Shown piece after piece: positions 1 through 9,905 of a stretch of DNA of 64,000 bases. How positions within the stretch are numbered: the stretch's first letter is position 1; every line of letters starts with the position of its first letter. Location: contig CAXGMD010000001.1 of NCBI GenBank assembly GCA_964010765.1, positions 1-64,000 on the forward strand. Reading direction: 5' to 3'. The stretch comes from an uncultured bacterium. Lineage in GTDB: Bacteria > SAR324 > NAC60-12. The translations under genes and the position numbers were made by a program. The notes beneath the pieces were generated by a model. The model ran no database searches. It worked only from the letters and a program-made list of their open reading frames with translations, and was not told the DNA's origin.

Positions 1-926
1 GGTTTGCCTTCATAAACCACTGTCGTGCATCCATGAAGTAGTGGTGCGTAAACAATGTAAGAATGGCCAACTACCCAACCAACATCAGAGGCTGCCCAAT
101 AAATGTCACCTGGTTTAGCGTTATAGATGGTATTCATGCTATAGGGCATGGCCACAGCGTGTCCTCCATTATCCCGTACCACTCCCTTGGGTAATCCTGT
201 CGTCCCAGAGGTATAAAGAATATAGAGGGGGTCCCATGAATCAACTGGAACCGGTTCAGTGGGATTTGCAGATGAAAGCTCAGTTTGCCAATCCAAATCT
301 CTTCCATCCTTCATATCAGCTGTTACTTGGGGTCTTTGGAGAACCAGCACCTTTTCTGGAGGGAATTTGGACTTTTGAATCGCTTCATCCACAAGTGGTT
401 TGTAGGGAATTACTTTCTGAACCTCGATTCCGCAGGACGCTGTTACCAGAAGTTTTGGACGAGCATCATCGATACGAACAGCCAATTCACTTGGGGCAAA
501 GCCACCAAACACTACGGAGTGAATTGCTCCTAAACGAGCACAGGCCAGCATGGCAATGATGGCTTGTGGTATCATCGGCATGTAGACAATGATCCGATCC
601 CCTTTAACAACGCCGTGATTTTTCAGGACACCTGCAAAACGAGCAACTTCATTACGCAACTCTAAGTAGTTGAAAGTCTGTTGTTGACCAGTGACTGGGG
701 AGTCGTAGATCAGGGCAGCTTGCTCAGCTCTTCCTGAATTGACGTGATGGTCCAGTGCCAGGTAGGAGGTATTCAGTTTACCGCCTTCAAACCAGCGATA
801 GGATTGATTGCTATCTTGAGAAAGAATCGCTTTTGGGAACTCAAACCAGTCAACGGCTTCAGCCTGATTTCGCCAGAAAGCTTCTGGGCTTTCAATCGAT
901 TCTCGGTGCTCTGCCTGGTAGCCCAT
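1..926 (-). CDS. prpE: Propionate/acetate-CoA ligase (AMP-forming), truncated at the window edge
   Basis: Not in the ORF track because it runs off the edge. Manual translation from ATG 926: MGYQAEHRESIESPEAFW...WFEGGKLNTSYLALDHHV...ACARLGAIHSVVFGGFA...PLYILYTSGTTGLPKGVVRDNGGHAVA...WAASDVGWVVGHSYIVYAPL. These are the AMP-binding and PrpE-type motifs. Confidence 0.88.
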   Translation of the reverse strand, partial: MGYQAEHRESIESPEAFWRNQAEAVDWFEFPKAILSQDSNQSYRWFEGGKLNTSYLALDHHVNSGRAEQAALIYDSPVTGQQQTFNYLELRNEVARFAGVLKNHGVVKGDRIIVYMPMIPQAIIAMLACARLGAIHSVVFGGFAPSELAVRIDDARPKLLVTASCGIEVQKVIPYKPLVDEAIQKSKFPPEKVLVLQRPQVTADMKDGRDLDWQTELSSANPTEPVPVDSWDPLYILYTSGTTGLPKGVVRDNGGHAVAMPYSMNTIYNAKPGDIYWAASDVGWVVGHSYIVYAPLLHGCTTVVYEGK

Positions 927-1048
927 GTTCTTTCTCCCAGAATGAATTTTTGGTGTAGACTCTTGGCTTGTTCACTGACCACTACTGAAGGGAGTGCTCT
1001 TTGCCATTCGAGTTGATTTAGTATTTTATCAGCTTATGGTTTGTTTAT

Positions 1049-1147
1049 TGGCGGAGACGAGTAGGAATCGAACCTACCAATGACTGTTTTAGAGCCATAC
1101 ACGCGGGTTTGAAGTCCGGGGCGCCCACCAGTGACGCATCCGTCTCC
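1049..1147 (-). tRNA. selC: tRNA-Sec (anticodon UCA)
   Basis: The reverse complement folds as an 8/5 tRNA: 8-bp acceptor stem GGAGACGG/TCGTCTCC, D arm with TGGT, anticodon loop CTTCAAA, long variable arm ATGGCT/AGTCAT, T arm GTAGG-TTCGATT-CCTAC and 3' GCCA; 99 nt. Confidence 0.95.
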
Positions 1148-1156
1148 GTTAAAGGC

Positions 1157-1185
1157 AATATGCAGAAAGCTCTAATAAATGTCCA
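1157..1185 (-). promoter_or_regulatory. Putative sigma70 promoter of selC
   Basis: TGGACA-17 nt-CATATT, ending 9 nt upstream of the mature tRNA 5' end. Confidence 0.4.
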
Positions 1186-1200
1186 GCAGGGTGAACGGAA

Positions 1201-2667
1201 TCACCGGTGACTTCTCCAGAAAGCAGGTGAGAAAAGGATCAAGACCGTTATGATATCAAGTCGTCCCGCCAACATCATCAGCGAAAGAAACCAAGTTCCA
1301 GCGTCAGAGACATGGGCATAGTTCTCAGTCGGCCCGACATCTCCAAAAGCTGGTCCGATGTTCCAGAGTGAAGCCATCATCATATTGAGACCGGACCACC
1401 AATCCATCTCTGGTGAAAGAATACTCAGAAAAACTCCTCCGATGACAACGGCATGCATCTGCAGAACGATGAACCCCAGCACACCACTTACCACCGACAT
1501 TTCAACCGGTTTGCCATCAATCAAGATTGACTGAACCGCGTGTGGTCTGGCCATCCGATGAAGCAAGCGCTCCAAGAATCGAATCAACAGCACAAGATGG
1601 ACGATGCGGATTCCGCTTGTTGTTGATCCGGAACAAGCACCAATGAACAGGCAGAAAAACAATAACATCTGTGCCGCCTGTGGCCACAGTTCATAGTCTG
1701 TTGTAGTATACCCTGTCGTTGTGAGTAGGGAAAGCACCTGAAAGAATCCGTAGCGCAAGGCGTCCAGCAGATTTGAGTTTGTTCCGTTGAGCCAAAGTAG
1801 CCCGGACACTCCAATCCCAAGGACAAAGCAAATCATCAGATAAGCCTTGAGTTCAGTGCTTTTGACTAAGGACTGATAATTGCCTTTGAGAGCTTGGTAG
1901 TGAAGGACAAAATCCATTCCTCCCAAAAACATGAAGAGGCACAAAATCCATTCAACGTAAGCACTTCCAAACCCACCTGCGCTGGTATTCAATGTTGAAT
2001 AGCCTCCTGTAGCTACGGCGCTGAAGGCGTGGCAGACGGCATCAAACCAAGAGAGCCCCCCGAACCAGAGCAAAATCGCACATACTCCATTCAAAAGTAG
2101 ATAAATACCCCAAAGCCACTTCATCGTTAACCGTACGTTCGGAAGCATTTTATCACCAGTTCCCCCTTGACCAGGGGCTGACTCAATTCGGTACATCTGC
2201 AGGTTTCCACTTCCCACGTAAGAGAAAATCAACAGATATAGTCCAATCATTCCCATCCCTCCCAGAAAATGAGTCATGGAGCGCCAGAACAGCAACCCAT
2301 GCGGGAGAGCTTCGATGTCATCGAGAATTGTGGAGCCTGTAGTTGTCAGTCCTGACATGACCTCAAAAAAGGCATCCGTCAGACTGGGAATACTTCCGTG
2401 AATAACGAAGGGTAGACAGCCGACTAGACAGATACTGAACCAACCTAGAGTTACAATCAGCACCGTGTCTCGGAATTGTAAATTGCGTGATTGGCGATTA
2501 AACCACCACAAAGGACCACCGATCAAAACTGCAATACCAATTGCAGCTAGGATCGCTAGTGTGTCATTTTCGTCGTATAGCAGGGATATTAGGAGAGGAA
2601 TGAGTAGGACTGCAGCCAGCATTAGCTGCAGGGCGCCGATACTCTGGAGGGTCGGACTGAACTTCAT
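1201..2667 (-). CDS. trkH: TrkH-family potassium uptake membrane protein
   Basis: DAFFEVMSGLTTTGST, LLFWRSMTHFLGGMG, TTTGY, FIGACSGSTTSGIR and NIGPAFG pore-loop motifs. Confidence 0.95.
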   Translation of the reverse strand: MKFSPTLQSIGALQLMLAAVLLIPLLISLLYDENDTLAILAAIGIAVLIGGPLWWFNRQSRNLQFRDTVLIVTLGWFSICLVGCLPFVIHGSIPSLTDAFFEVMSGLTTTGSTILDDIEALPHGLLFWRSMTHFLGGMGMIGLYLLIFSYVGSGNLQMYRIESAPGQGGTGDKMLPNVRLTMKWLWGIYLLLNGVCAILLWFGGLSWFDAVCHAFSAVATGGYSTLNTSAGGFGSAYVEWILCLFMFLGGMDFVLHYQALKGNYQSLVKSTELKAYLMICFVLGIGVSGLLWLNGTNSNLLDALRYGFFQVLSLLTTTGYTTTDYELWPQAAQMLLFFCLFIGACSGSTTSGIRIVHLVLLIRFLERLLHRMARPHAVQSILIDGKPVEMSVVSGVLGFIVLQMHAVVIGGVFLSILSPEMDWWSGLNMMMASLWNIGPAFGDVGPTENYAHVSDAGTWFLSLMMLAGRLDIITVLILFSPAFWRSHR

Positions 2668-2703
2668 CAAAATGCCGGTTTTACAGAGAAATCCGGCAGA
2701 TTC

Positions 2704-5457
2704 TTAAAGTGGGAATTTGGACCAGTCCATGTCTTTCATTTCTTCTTGGATAGCTTCCTCGGAGACCTCTTTGGAATTGGGTGCGCTTACGGTGCCACCT
2801 TCTGCAGAACTGCTTCCTCCGAATTTTTTCTGTTCAAATTTTTCGTAGAATCCAATGGGTAGGCCAAGTGCTCCACGGATGATGTGCTTAACCTTTTGCT
2901 CATCTTCCAGGGAATCAATGCGATTAGATATAGGGAAGCCCTTCGGATTGATCTGATCATCTCTGGGTTCGATGCCTGCCATGTGAGCTAATAGGATATC
3001 TTCCCCTTTCTGGATCTGTTTTTGGAAGTTTTCCGACATCAATAGCAATACTGGAATAGGAGCTGCCAAGGAGAGATTTTTCGCATACAAGAAGCGCATG
3101 ATGTCATCAAATAAGTAGCACTCACAATCAACGATGTAGAGTAGAAAATTTTCTGCCTCGAATTCTCTTTTGCCTGGAAGAGTTCGCATGTAAACCAGCC
3201 GCTCTGGAAAATCGCCAACACTGAGCGCGGCTCGGATACCAGCTTCTCCAACAGGTTTGTCCTCACTGACAATACACACTCGGCCGAATTCGAGCAATTC
3301 TTCCAAGGACATATCCTGTGCTTTTGGCTGAGTCTTCAGGAATGAAATGACTTTCCTGTTCTCCAGCATTGCTAACCAGCGAATTCCACAAGCGAAGCTA
3401 TGAATTTTTAGAGAATTGAGCCGGTACTTAATAATCGAACCAAAGAGTTCCTCTTCTGGATTTAGTTTTCTGATAACTTCTTCTTCTTCCTGAGCTTTAT
3501 CAGTTTTCTGTAGTCTGGAAGAAGGCACACTCTTCGCCGTGATGGCCCCTGACAACTCCTGACCATAGTTGTTCTCTGCGAGTGCTTTTTCATCCTCAAA
3601 AGTTTCATCTGACCTCATTTCCTCGAGGAGTTTGCTTTCTTGGTCATTCAGAGACTTAACTTTAAACGAGTAGCTTTTCTTTTTTGCCATCATTTTTGCT
3701 AGTGGAGCCAATTCTGTCAGTGCAAGGGTGCTATTCAGAGTATTGAGTAAGGTTTCTTCCTTCTCACGATCTTTATCCGTTTCCTTGCCTTCTTTATCCG
3801 GCAGAATCATTCTGAGAAGCTTATCTTTTGGGGTAGAGAGAAGGGTGTGCATGTTTTCCGAACTGACCGTTGGCGTAGGATTGTGATTCTCGTCATCTGC
3901 TACAGCACAAGTTCGGAGTTTGATAACCAAATCCCCACTTTCCTCTAGATTCCATCCGTTAATGAAGACGACCTCAAATTTTCTGAAGAATTGGGCGTTT
4001 TGAAGAAAATGCATGTAGGCTGCTTCCGTAGGAGCGTTTGCCAACTTGGGATTCTCTAATTTATGCTTCAAGAACGCCTGAAGAAAATCGAAAGAATTCA
4101 TGTAGGTCAGCTGGTGTCGTGGGAAGCCTTTTTTTGCCAGATGGTCAATTATGTCAGGTGAGAAGTCGTCTACAACAAGGTACCGGGTCATTTGTAGCAT
4201 GATGCCACCGAAGCGGGTGACCACATGAGCCCGCCTCGTGCCCAGCAACAGGATTGACTCAATAAGATTAAAGTAGCCCTTGGCGAGTTTGCGACCGAAA
4301 GCTTCTATTTTGGTTAGCTCCTGATCAATCTCGTACTGATTTGCAGCAATATCCTGATAAGACTCATACTTTTGAAAGATTAGCTGGAAGTATTCACTGT
4401 AGCGCTCCTCCTTTAGGAGCTCTCTAAGTTCTAGGTAACGCTTTTCCAGCTTGTTGATCATGTTTTCATAACGAACCGGAACGTCTGGTAATCCCTTCGG
4501 ATGATCAAGATCCACTTCGTAGATGCGTTTTTGTCGTTGCTGATACTCCTTGGTTTTCTTCAACTCTTCAGAGGCCTCAAAGCCTAGCAGGATCATGAAG
4601 TCGCATTTCCGCAATACCTCGGGCTTCAATGCAGATTCTTTGATCACCATGAATTTACTAAATTTATTATTCCTCAGTACTGCATTCACGCGCTTGGCGT
4701 AAGTATCATGTAGCTGGTTTTCGATGCAAACGATCAATCTCATACTGGTTTGACCGTATTGCAAGGACTCCAAATGGTTTTGAAGGTCTTGTATCCGCGT
4801 CTGATTCCGAATCTTTTGGGTGGTGTGCTCTCCGTCCAGGTAAGTCTGCAGAATACTTGTGGAAGCCAGTTGCTGAGCAACAAGACGAGTAATGGCCCCC
4901 TTGTTTCCAATGCCTCCCAATTCACGACTGAGTTCTCCCCATTGGTAGGAGAGACGATCTTTGAGTCGAAATGGTGCGTGTTTCGTTATCGAGACAATGA
5001 TCGCATCCGGATTGTTGTTTCGATAAAGCACGAGGATATTTCTCAGCTTTGCTAGAAGTTTTGGTCGTTGAGGTGGCATCACCCAAGCTGGGAGTGACAA
5101 GCTCACGAAGATCAGATCTGCAAAATTGTAGGGGTATTCTTGAACTTCAGCAGCGTTGACAAGTTTGGTCTCTATTCCGAACTTCACCCAGGGGAAGGAA
5201 TCATTTTGCAGGACCTGCTGCATCATATCCTGCTCTCTCTGGAGTGCTTTTTTGAGAGCATCAATGTCCAGGCCCCGAGTGTTCAATTCCCAAGTTGAAT
5301 CATCATTGTTGTTGGGGAATTTGATCTCAACCATCAGATATGAGAAGAAAAATTCTAGTCTGGGCTGTCCCTGACGCCAGGCAGTTTCTTCCATTCGTTG
5401 CAGGAGTTCTTGCGGATCTTGATCCTGATTTTCCTGATTGATTTCTTCTGTGGTCAT
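2704..5457 (-). CDS. Large hypothetical protein (917 aa) with alpha/beta segments and coiled coils
   Basis: Long ORF co-directional with trkH; no family recognised. Confidence 0.8.
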   Translation of the reverse strand: MTTEEINQENQDQDPQELLQRMEETAWRQGQPRLEFFFSYLMVEIKFPNNNDDSTWELNTRGLDIDALKKALQREQDMMQQVLQNDSFPWVKFGIETKLVNAAEVQEYPYNFADLIFVSLSLPAWVMPPQRPKLLAKLRNILVLYRNNNPDAIIVSITKHAPFRLKDRLSYQWGELSRELGGIGNKGAITRLVAQQLASTSILQTYLDGEHTTQKIRNQTRIQDLQNHLESLQYGQTSMRLIVCIENQLHDTYAKRVNAVLRNNKFSKFMVIKESALKPEVLRKCDFMILLGFEASEELKKTKEYQQRQKRIYEVDLDHPKGLPDVPVRYENMINKLEKRYLELRELLKEERYSEYFQLIFQKYESYQDIAANQYEIDQELTKIEAFGRKLAKGYFNLIESILLLGTRRAHVVTRFGGIMLQMTRYLVVDDFSPDIIDHLAKKGFPRHQLTYMNSFDFLQAFLKHKLENPKLANAPTEAAYMHFLQNAQFFRKFEVVFINGWNLEESGDLVIKLRTCAVADDENHNPTPTVSSENMHTLLSTPKDKLLRMILPDKEGKETDKDREKEETLLNTLNSTLALTELAPLAKMMAKKKSYSFKVKSLNDQESKLLEEMRSDETFEDEKALAENNYGQELSGAITAKSVPSSRLQKTDKAQEEEEVIRKLNPEEELFGSIIKYRLNSLKIHSFACGIRWLAMLENRKVISFLKTQPKAQDMSLEELLEFGRVCIVSEDKPVGEAGIRAALSVGDFPERLVYMRTLPGKREFEAENFLLYIVDCECYLFDDIMRFLYAKNLSLAAPIPVLLLMSENFQKQIQKGEDILLAHMAGIEPRDDQINPKGFPISNRIDSLEDEQKVKHIIRGALGLPIGFYEKFEQKKFGGSSSAEGGTVSAPNSKEVSEEAIQEEMKDMDWSKFPL

Positions 5458-5626
5458 GTCGTAAAAATTGATTGAGGCGGTACAGAAACCGGCAAACTGC
5501 CGGCTAGAGCAGAAATTTCACTGACGGTAGCATATGTACTGGAAAAGAGCCAAGAGCTTTCGAATGAACGACGAGGAATGAAATGAACACGCTCTGCACC
5601 ATTTAAGCCCTTGAGATCCCAGCCTA

Positions 5627-5643
5627 CTGGCGCAGGATTTGAA
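5627..5643 (+). promoter_or_regulatory. Possible sigma54 promoter with a variant -12 element
   Basis: CTGGCGC-AGGAT-TTGAA: good -24 box and correct spacing, but GA instead of GC at -12; about 50 nt upstream of ORF 5696. Confidence 0.3.
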
Positions 5644-5695
5644 TCTCAAAAGTTTAATCCAAGTAGACGTTTCAAACATTTGGCATTGAGTTGAG

Positions 5696-6331
5696 ATGCA
5701 AGTTAAACAGTCAGTCGTCAGCGGAAATGGAGAGCAGAAAGCTTCCAAGAATTCAAAAGTCGAAAATGTTGCTGTTCCTAAAACGGGTGCAATAAATGCC
5801 TTGGGGGGAACTCCAAAATCGGCACAACTACAGGACATGTCGGCTTATCTGAAGATTGTTTCTAGGCTGGAAAATTTGAACGCTCGGCATGACAACTTAC
5901 CTGAGCCTGCGATTCAGGGTTTTATTCAAGGGCTTGAGAAGCAGGTTGCTCAGATGAATGATCACGAAAAAGCTCTGCTGCTGCGGATTCCTGAAGTCAA
6001 ATCATTGAACGTAAAGAATGCTGAGGAGTTAATCGATAGAATTGAAGATAAACTTACGGATGGACAAGCGAGTTTGAAGCTTTTTGAATTGTTGAGACAA
6101 CCACAATTTGTTGAATTGATCGATCCAAGCCGTAAAGTACAGACGTATGGCAACAAGGGTGGAGTGCAGCCTTCGTTAGTCAGTAGCCCTCCTTCGACTT
6201 CACAACAAACCCAGCCAGCAACTCCCGAAAGTAATCAGGACGCAATGGCGACAGCAACCGCGAAAACTGCAGCGCCTTCCCAAGATTCTGCAGCGCCTTC
6301 TTCGACTAATCCTCAACCTGCAAACGCCTGA
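5696..6331 (+). CDS. Hypothetical protein with a low-complexity S/T/P/A tail
   Basis: 211-aa ORF with a helical core and a tail carrying a duplicated AAPS unit. Confidence 0.7.
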   Translation: MQVKQSVVSGNGEQKASKNSKVENVAVPKTGAINALGGTPKSAQLQDMSAYLKIVSRLENLNARHDNLPEPAIQGFIQGLEKQVAQMNDHEKALLLRIPEVKSLNVKNAEELIDRIEDKLTDGQASLKLFELLRQPQFVELIDPSRKVQTYGNKGGVQPSLVSSPPSTSQQTQPATPESNQDAMATATAKTAAPSQDSAAPSSTNPQPANA

Positions 6332-6498
6332 ATTACCCTGCCCCACTAACTGAACAGAGTTGGCAGTTTGGTCTACTGGGATCGAACTTCAGCTACCCTA
6401 TCGCCTTGTTTGCCAGAAGCCCCGTACGATTCCTAAATTCGCCCCCTTATTTCGCAAAGACAAATTAACTCTAATTCAAACCGTCTTTTCTCCAGAGT

Positions 6499-7758
6499 TT
6501 ATTTCTGACGGGGTGCAGGATTCTGGAAGTCTTTGTAGAGAAGAAACAGGAAACCCAGATTGATCATCAGGAGCAAACCCAGCAGAAAAAGTAAATTTGT
6601 GGAGTAGAAGATTCCAGCAATTGCTGCTCCCGCAAAATGACCGACAAACTGACAAAAATTGTAAACACCACTAGCAGTGCCTTTGGTTGTTGGGTTTGTC
6701 AGCCGAGTAACGAGTGATGGGAACAGTGGCTCAAAAACATTAAAGCCCATGAAGAACAAGAAGAGTCCTGCAATCAGTAAGAAATTGTCTTGAAACTCAT
6801 GAAAAAAAGCCAAACAGAAAACAGAGGCTATTAAAAAACCAACTCCCAGAAACATCACTTCACGAAAGCGATTTTTAGTCTCTGCTACAATCGCTGCTCC
6901 GACCATGATCAAACCTCCACTCAACAGCATCGGAAGATAAATTTGCCACAGCTCAGAGCTTATCCAACCTTGCTCTGCAAGTTGGATTGGAATCATGAAA
7001 AAAACAGCTGAGAGACCCGTACTACAAACAAATGCCCCGAAGTCAATTGTACGAATCGAAGGCAAGACCAATACAGATTTGATCATTTCCAGGGTTGGAG
7101 TATTTGGTGTCCTAGATTGATTTTCTGGTTCAGGAACAAATCGCCAAAGGATCATCAAACCAACTGTTGCCATTAGGGTAATGAGGCCAAAAATCCCAGA
7201 TAATCCTGCAAAACCACCTAAGAAGGGGGCAATAAAAAAAGCTCCACCGAAAGCCATTCCAATGCTTGCACCGATGCCAGCGTTCGCCCTAGTACGCACT
7301 TCCGGTCTCGTCAGATCTGCAATCAAGGCAAAGACCGCAGAACTGATGGCCCCAGCCCCTTGAAGCAAGCGAGCTACAATCATCAAATAAATATTGTCAG
7401 CAAAAGCTGCAATCAGACTGCCGATAATGAACAAGAAAAGACCCACCATGATGACTGGTTTCCTGCCTATGCGATCACTCCAAATCCCAAATGGAATTTG
7501 CAGCAAGGCTTGAGTCAACCCGTACCCGCCAAAGGCCAGTCCGATCAACAATGGAGTGGCACCATCCAACTCTTGAGCCAATAGACTGAAGACCGGAAGT
7601 ACAAGAAAGAGCCCGAACATCCGAAAAAACATGATGCTGCTGAGGCTGAGAATACTACGGAATTCAAGAGGGGTAAAAACCGGGCCGCGATCGCGTTTGG
7701 GCATTAGATTGGAAGACTTTTTGACGACTTCGACAGGTGATGGCTCAGATGGAGCCAT
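6499..7758 (-). CDS. MFS transporter (YajR-like)
   Basis: RMFGLFLVLPV and GYGLTQALLQIPFGIWSDRIGRKPVI (MFS motif A); about 12 TM segments. Confidence 0.9.
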   Translation of the reverse strand: MAPSEPSPVEVVKKSSNLMPKRDRGPVFTPLEFRSILSLSSIMFFRMFGLFLVLPVFSLLAQELDGATPLLIGLAFGGYGLTQALLQIPFGIWSDRIGRKPVIMVGLFLFIIGSLIAAFADNIYLMIVARLLQGAGAISSAVFALIADLTRPEVRTRANAGIGASIGMAFGGAFFIAPFLGGFAGLSGIFGLITLMATVGLMILWRFVPEPENQSRTPNTPTLEMIKSVLVLPSIRTIDFGAFVCSTGLSAVFFMIPIQLAEQGWISSELWQIYLPMLLSGGLIMVGAAIVAETKNRFREVMFLGVGFLIASVFCLAFFHEFQDNFLLIAGLFLFFMGFNVFEPLFPSLVTRLTNPTTKGTASGVYNFCQFVGHFAGAAIAGIFYSTNLLFLLGLLLMINLGFLFLLYKDFQNPAPRQK

Positions 7759-7767
7759 CGTAGTTAT

Positions 7768-8313
7768 TTAAGCGGTGGGCCAATGATAAAGAATCAGGTA
7801 CACCAAAACCCCAGTAACCGAAACATACATCCAGACCGGGAATGTGTATCTTGCCAGTCGGCGGTGAGAAGTGAAGTTTTTTGTGGCAGCAAAATAGAGA
7901 GTTGTGAAAATCATGGGCAGCATGACTGCTGAAAGAACAATGTGGCTGATTAAGATGAAGAAATAAATTGGTCTGATAAAGCCAGAACCTTCGAAGGGAG
8001 TGTCTCCTTGAAAATGGTGATAGACCAAGTAGGAAACCAGGAAAACTGCAGAAAATCCTAGTGCGGTCAGCATCATTCGCCAATGACGCTCCTTGTCTCC
8101 TTGCTTGATCGCAATGACTCCCAGAGCTAGAAAGAGCGCACAAGCTGAATTCAGCAGCGCATTGAGCGCAGGCATGAAGCTCAAATCCATTTCTGTCTCA
8201 GTGCCACTACTCTCCTTGAAATAGAGCAACCACAACAAAAAGAGGAAAACGAGAGTACTGACGGTGATAATTGCACTAATGGCTGTACGGTTTGAAAAAG
8301 GTAGCGTATTCAT
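7768..8313 (-). CDS. DUF420 (CtaM-like) membrane protein, cytochrome oxidase assembly
   Basis: PALNALLN, H..MM..A...S..FL.SY..YH, YFFILISHI.L and HRRLARYTFPVWMYVSVTGVLVY motifs; coupled to ctaA. Confidence 0.88.
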   Translation of the reverse strand: MNTLPFSNRTAISAIITVSTLVFLFLLWLLYFKESSGTETEMDLSFMPALNALLNSACALFLALGVIAIKQGDKERHWRMMLTALGFSAVFLVSYLVYHHFQGDTPFEGSGFIRPIYFFILISHIVLSAVMLPMIFTTLYFAATKNFTSHRRLARYTFPVWMYVSVTGVLVYLILYHWPTA

Positions 8314-9323
8314 GCGGCGACTCCGGCTCTAGCTGGACGTGCGGTCATTTGTTCTGTCGAAGCAGATTCACTGTCACTGGACAAGAGTACAGATTCACTA
8401 AGCGCATATGCTATTAAGCCAACCAGAGTCGCCGCAACAGCAGTATGGAGAGCAGAAACAGGAACGGGAATCCGGTAGAGCGCATTGACTACACCTACTG
8501 AGACCTCCAATGGAATCAATAGCAAAATTGCAGAGCCTACATAACGAATTCCGGGTAGAGGTGAGCCTTTGCGCAGTTGCCAAGCCATGAACATTAGCCA
8601 AGTTCCACCAAAAACAGCGAAGAAGCGATGAAGCATGTGAATCCATTCGTTGAAGTGATTCGGCATGAACTGCCCCACAAAAGCTTCTGGTACGTTTGGA
8701 CTTCCATCCGGGGCTGGTATAGCTATGGATAAAGGAGCTCCACTATGGCAACCAGGGAAAGCCGAACAGGAGTAACCAGAATAGGTTGTGCTGTTTTTAC
8801 CACCGGAGATCAGAATTATCGTAAGTATGAGTGCCATTCCAGCCATCTTTCTGGTCGTTGGGCTCCAACTACTCCACCTTACCCAACTGAATGTTCTTGG
8901 GCACTTGTTGAGATGAAAAGTCTTCCAAGCAAAATAAACCAGCAGTGCAAATGTTAGATTTCCACCGATCAAATGACCTGTGACGATGTAAGGATTCAGC
9001 AGCATCGTCACAGTGAGCCCTCCAAGTATTCCCTGGATTAAAACCATTACCAAGCAGACCAGACTAAGGTTTCTGTATTCACGATAGTGAGGACGGGAGA
9101 AAGCGAGTATTACCATTAAAACAATCAACATACCAAGCAGGGTGGCAACGAAGCGATGGCCCACTTCGAGCGCAATCTCGTATCCAGGTGGTGGAATCAA
9201 TTGCCCATAACACAGTGGCCAGTCTGGGCAGGCCAGTCCAGCACCCTTGAGACGTACGAAAGCACCAAATGAAATGAGAGGCCAAGTGAGAATTGCTGAA
9301 CCTAATGCAAGCCATTTCATCAT
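8310..9323 (-). CDS. ctaA: Heme A synthase (CtaA/Cox15)
   Basis: GLACPDWPLC, EVGHR, second Cys pair CSAFPGC, HMLHR and ALH motifs. Confidence 0.9.
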   Translation of the reverse strand: MMKWLALGSAILTWPLISFGAFVRLKGAGLACPDWPLCYGQLIPPPGYEIALEVGHRFVATLLGMLIVLMVILAFSRPHYREYRNLSLVCLVMVLIQGILGGLTVTMLLNPYIVTGHLIGGNLTFALLVYFAWKTFHLNKCPRTFSWVRWSSWSPTTRKMAGMALILTIILISGGKNSTTYSGYSCSAFPGCHSGAPLSIAIPAPDGSPNVPEAFVGQFMPNHFNEWIHMLHRFFAVFGGTWLMFMAWQLRKGSPLPGIRYVGSAILLLIPLEVSVGVVNALYRIPVPVSALHTAVAATLVGLIAYALSESVLLSSDSESASTEQMTARPARAGVAA

Positions 9324-9498
9324 TATAGATTACCTTTAGAGAAGGTAGAAATTATTGTGGAAGGGATTTACGAATAATTAACTAATGGAGGCTTTAATAA
9401 CAAGCCAAACACCAAAAATCAGATGTGTTGTCGCACGCTGCGTTTGCACACAAATGCGTGTTCTAACCTAGCCAACAAGAACATTGTCTAGTTTCAAC

Positions 9499-9527
9499 TT
9501 GCTCTCAAATCGAATTAGATTTATTAT
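9499..9527 (+). promoter_or_regulatory. Putative sigma70 promoter for the fdx-yceD-rpmF-plsX cluster
   Basis: TTGCTC-17 nt-TATTAT, about 60 nt upstream of the ferredoxin start. Confidence 0.45.
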
Positions 9528-9588
9528 CGAAAGTTTAATTTTATTTAATAAAACTTGTTAAATTTTTCTCCTCAGTCGAAGGCTACCT

Positions 9589-9900
9589 ATGACTTATGTT
9601 GTCACTGCACATTGCAATGGATGCAAGTATACTGACTGTGTGGAGGTCTGTCCGGTAGAGGCCTTCCACGAAGGACCAGAAATGGTCTATATCAACCCGG
9701 AATCATGCATTGACTGCAACGCCTGTGTGGAAGAATGCCCCGTCGAGGCAATCTATGCGGATGTGGATCTTCCTCAGAAGTATCAAGAATATTTGGAGAT
9801 CAATTCTGAAAAAAGCCAAGAATTTCCTGTGATTAGCGAGAAATCAGATCCTTTGTCTACTGCAAGAACTTTGGATGAGATCAAGGCTGCAGGTGACTGA
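9589..9900 (+). CDS. fdxA: 7Fe-type ferredoxin (FdxA family)
   Basis: CNGCKYTDCVEVCP and CIDCNACVEECP motifs. Confidence 0.92.
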   Translation: MTYVVTAHCNGCKYTDCVEVCPVEAFHEGPEMVYINPESCIDCNACVEECPVEAIYADVDLPQKYQEYLEINSEKSQEFPVISEKSDPLSTARTLDEIKAAGD

Positions 9901-9905
9901 GTGAC

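Noticed and set aside
927..1147. selC as a genomic-island integration site
   Set aside because: No integrase and no duplicated tRNA 3' end seen; prpE follows directly.
6419..6446. Minus-strand GGGGGCGAATTTAGGAATCGTACGGGGC resembles a tmRNA 5' end, with a GTTCGATCCC T-loop-like motif nearby
   Set aside because: No matching 3' acceptor/T-arm ending in CCA at a suitable distance, and a full tmRNA would overlap the convergent CDS.
9898..9900. Sec read-through at other TGA stops (ferredoxin, FKBP, mltA, trkH)
   Set aside because: These proteins already appear complete at the stop, and no in-frame continuation of the family is evident.
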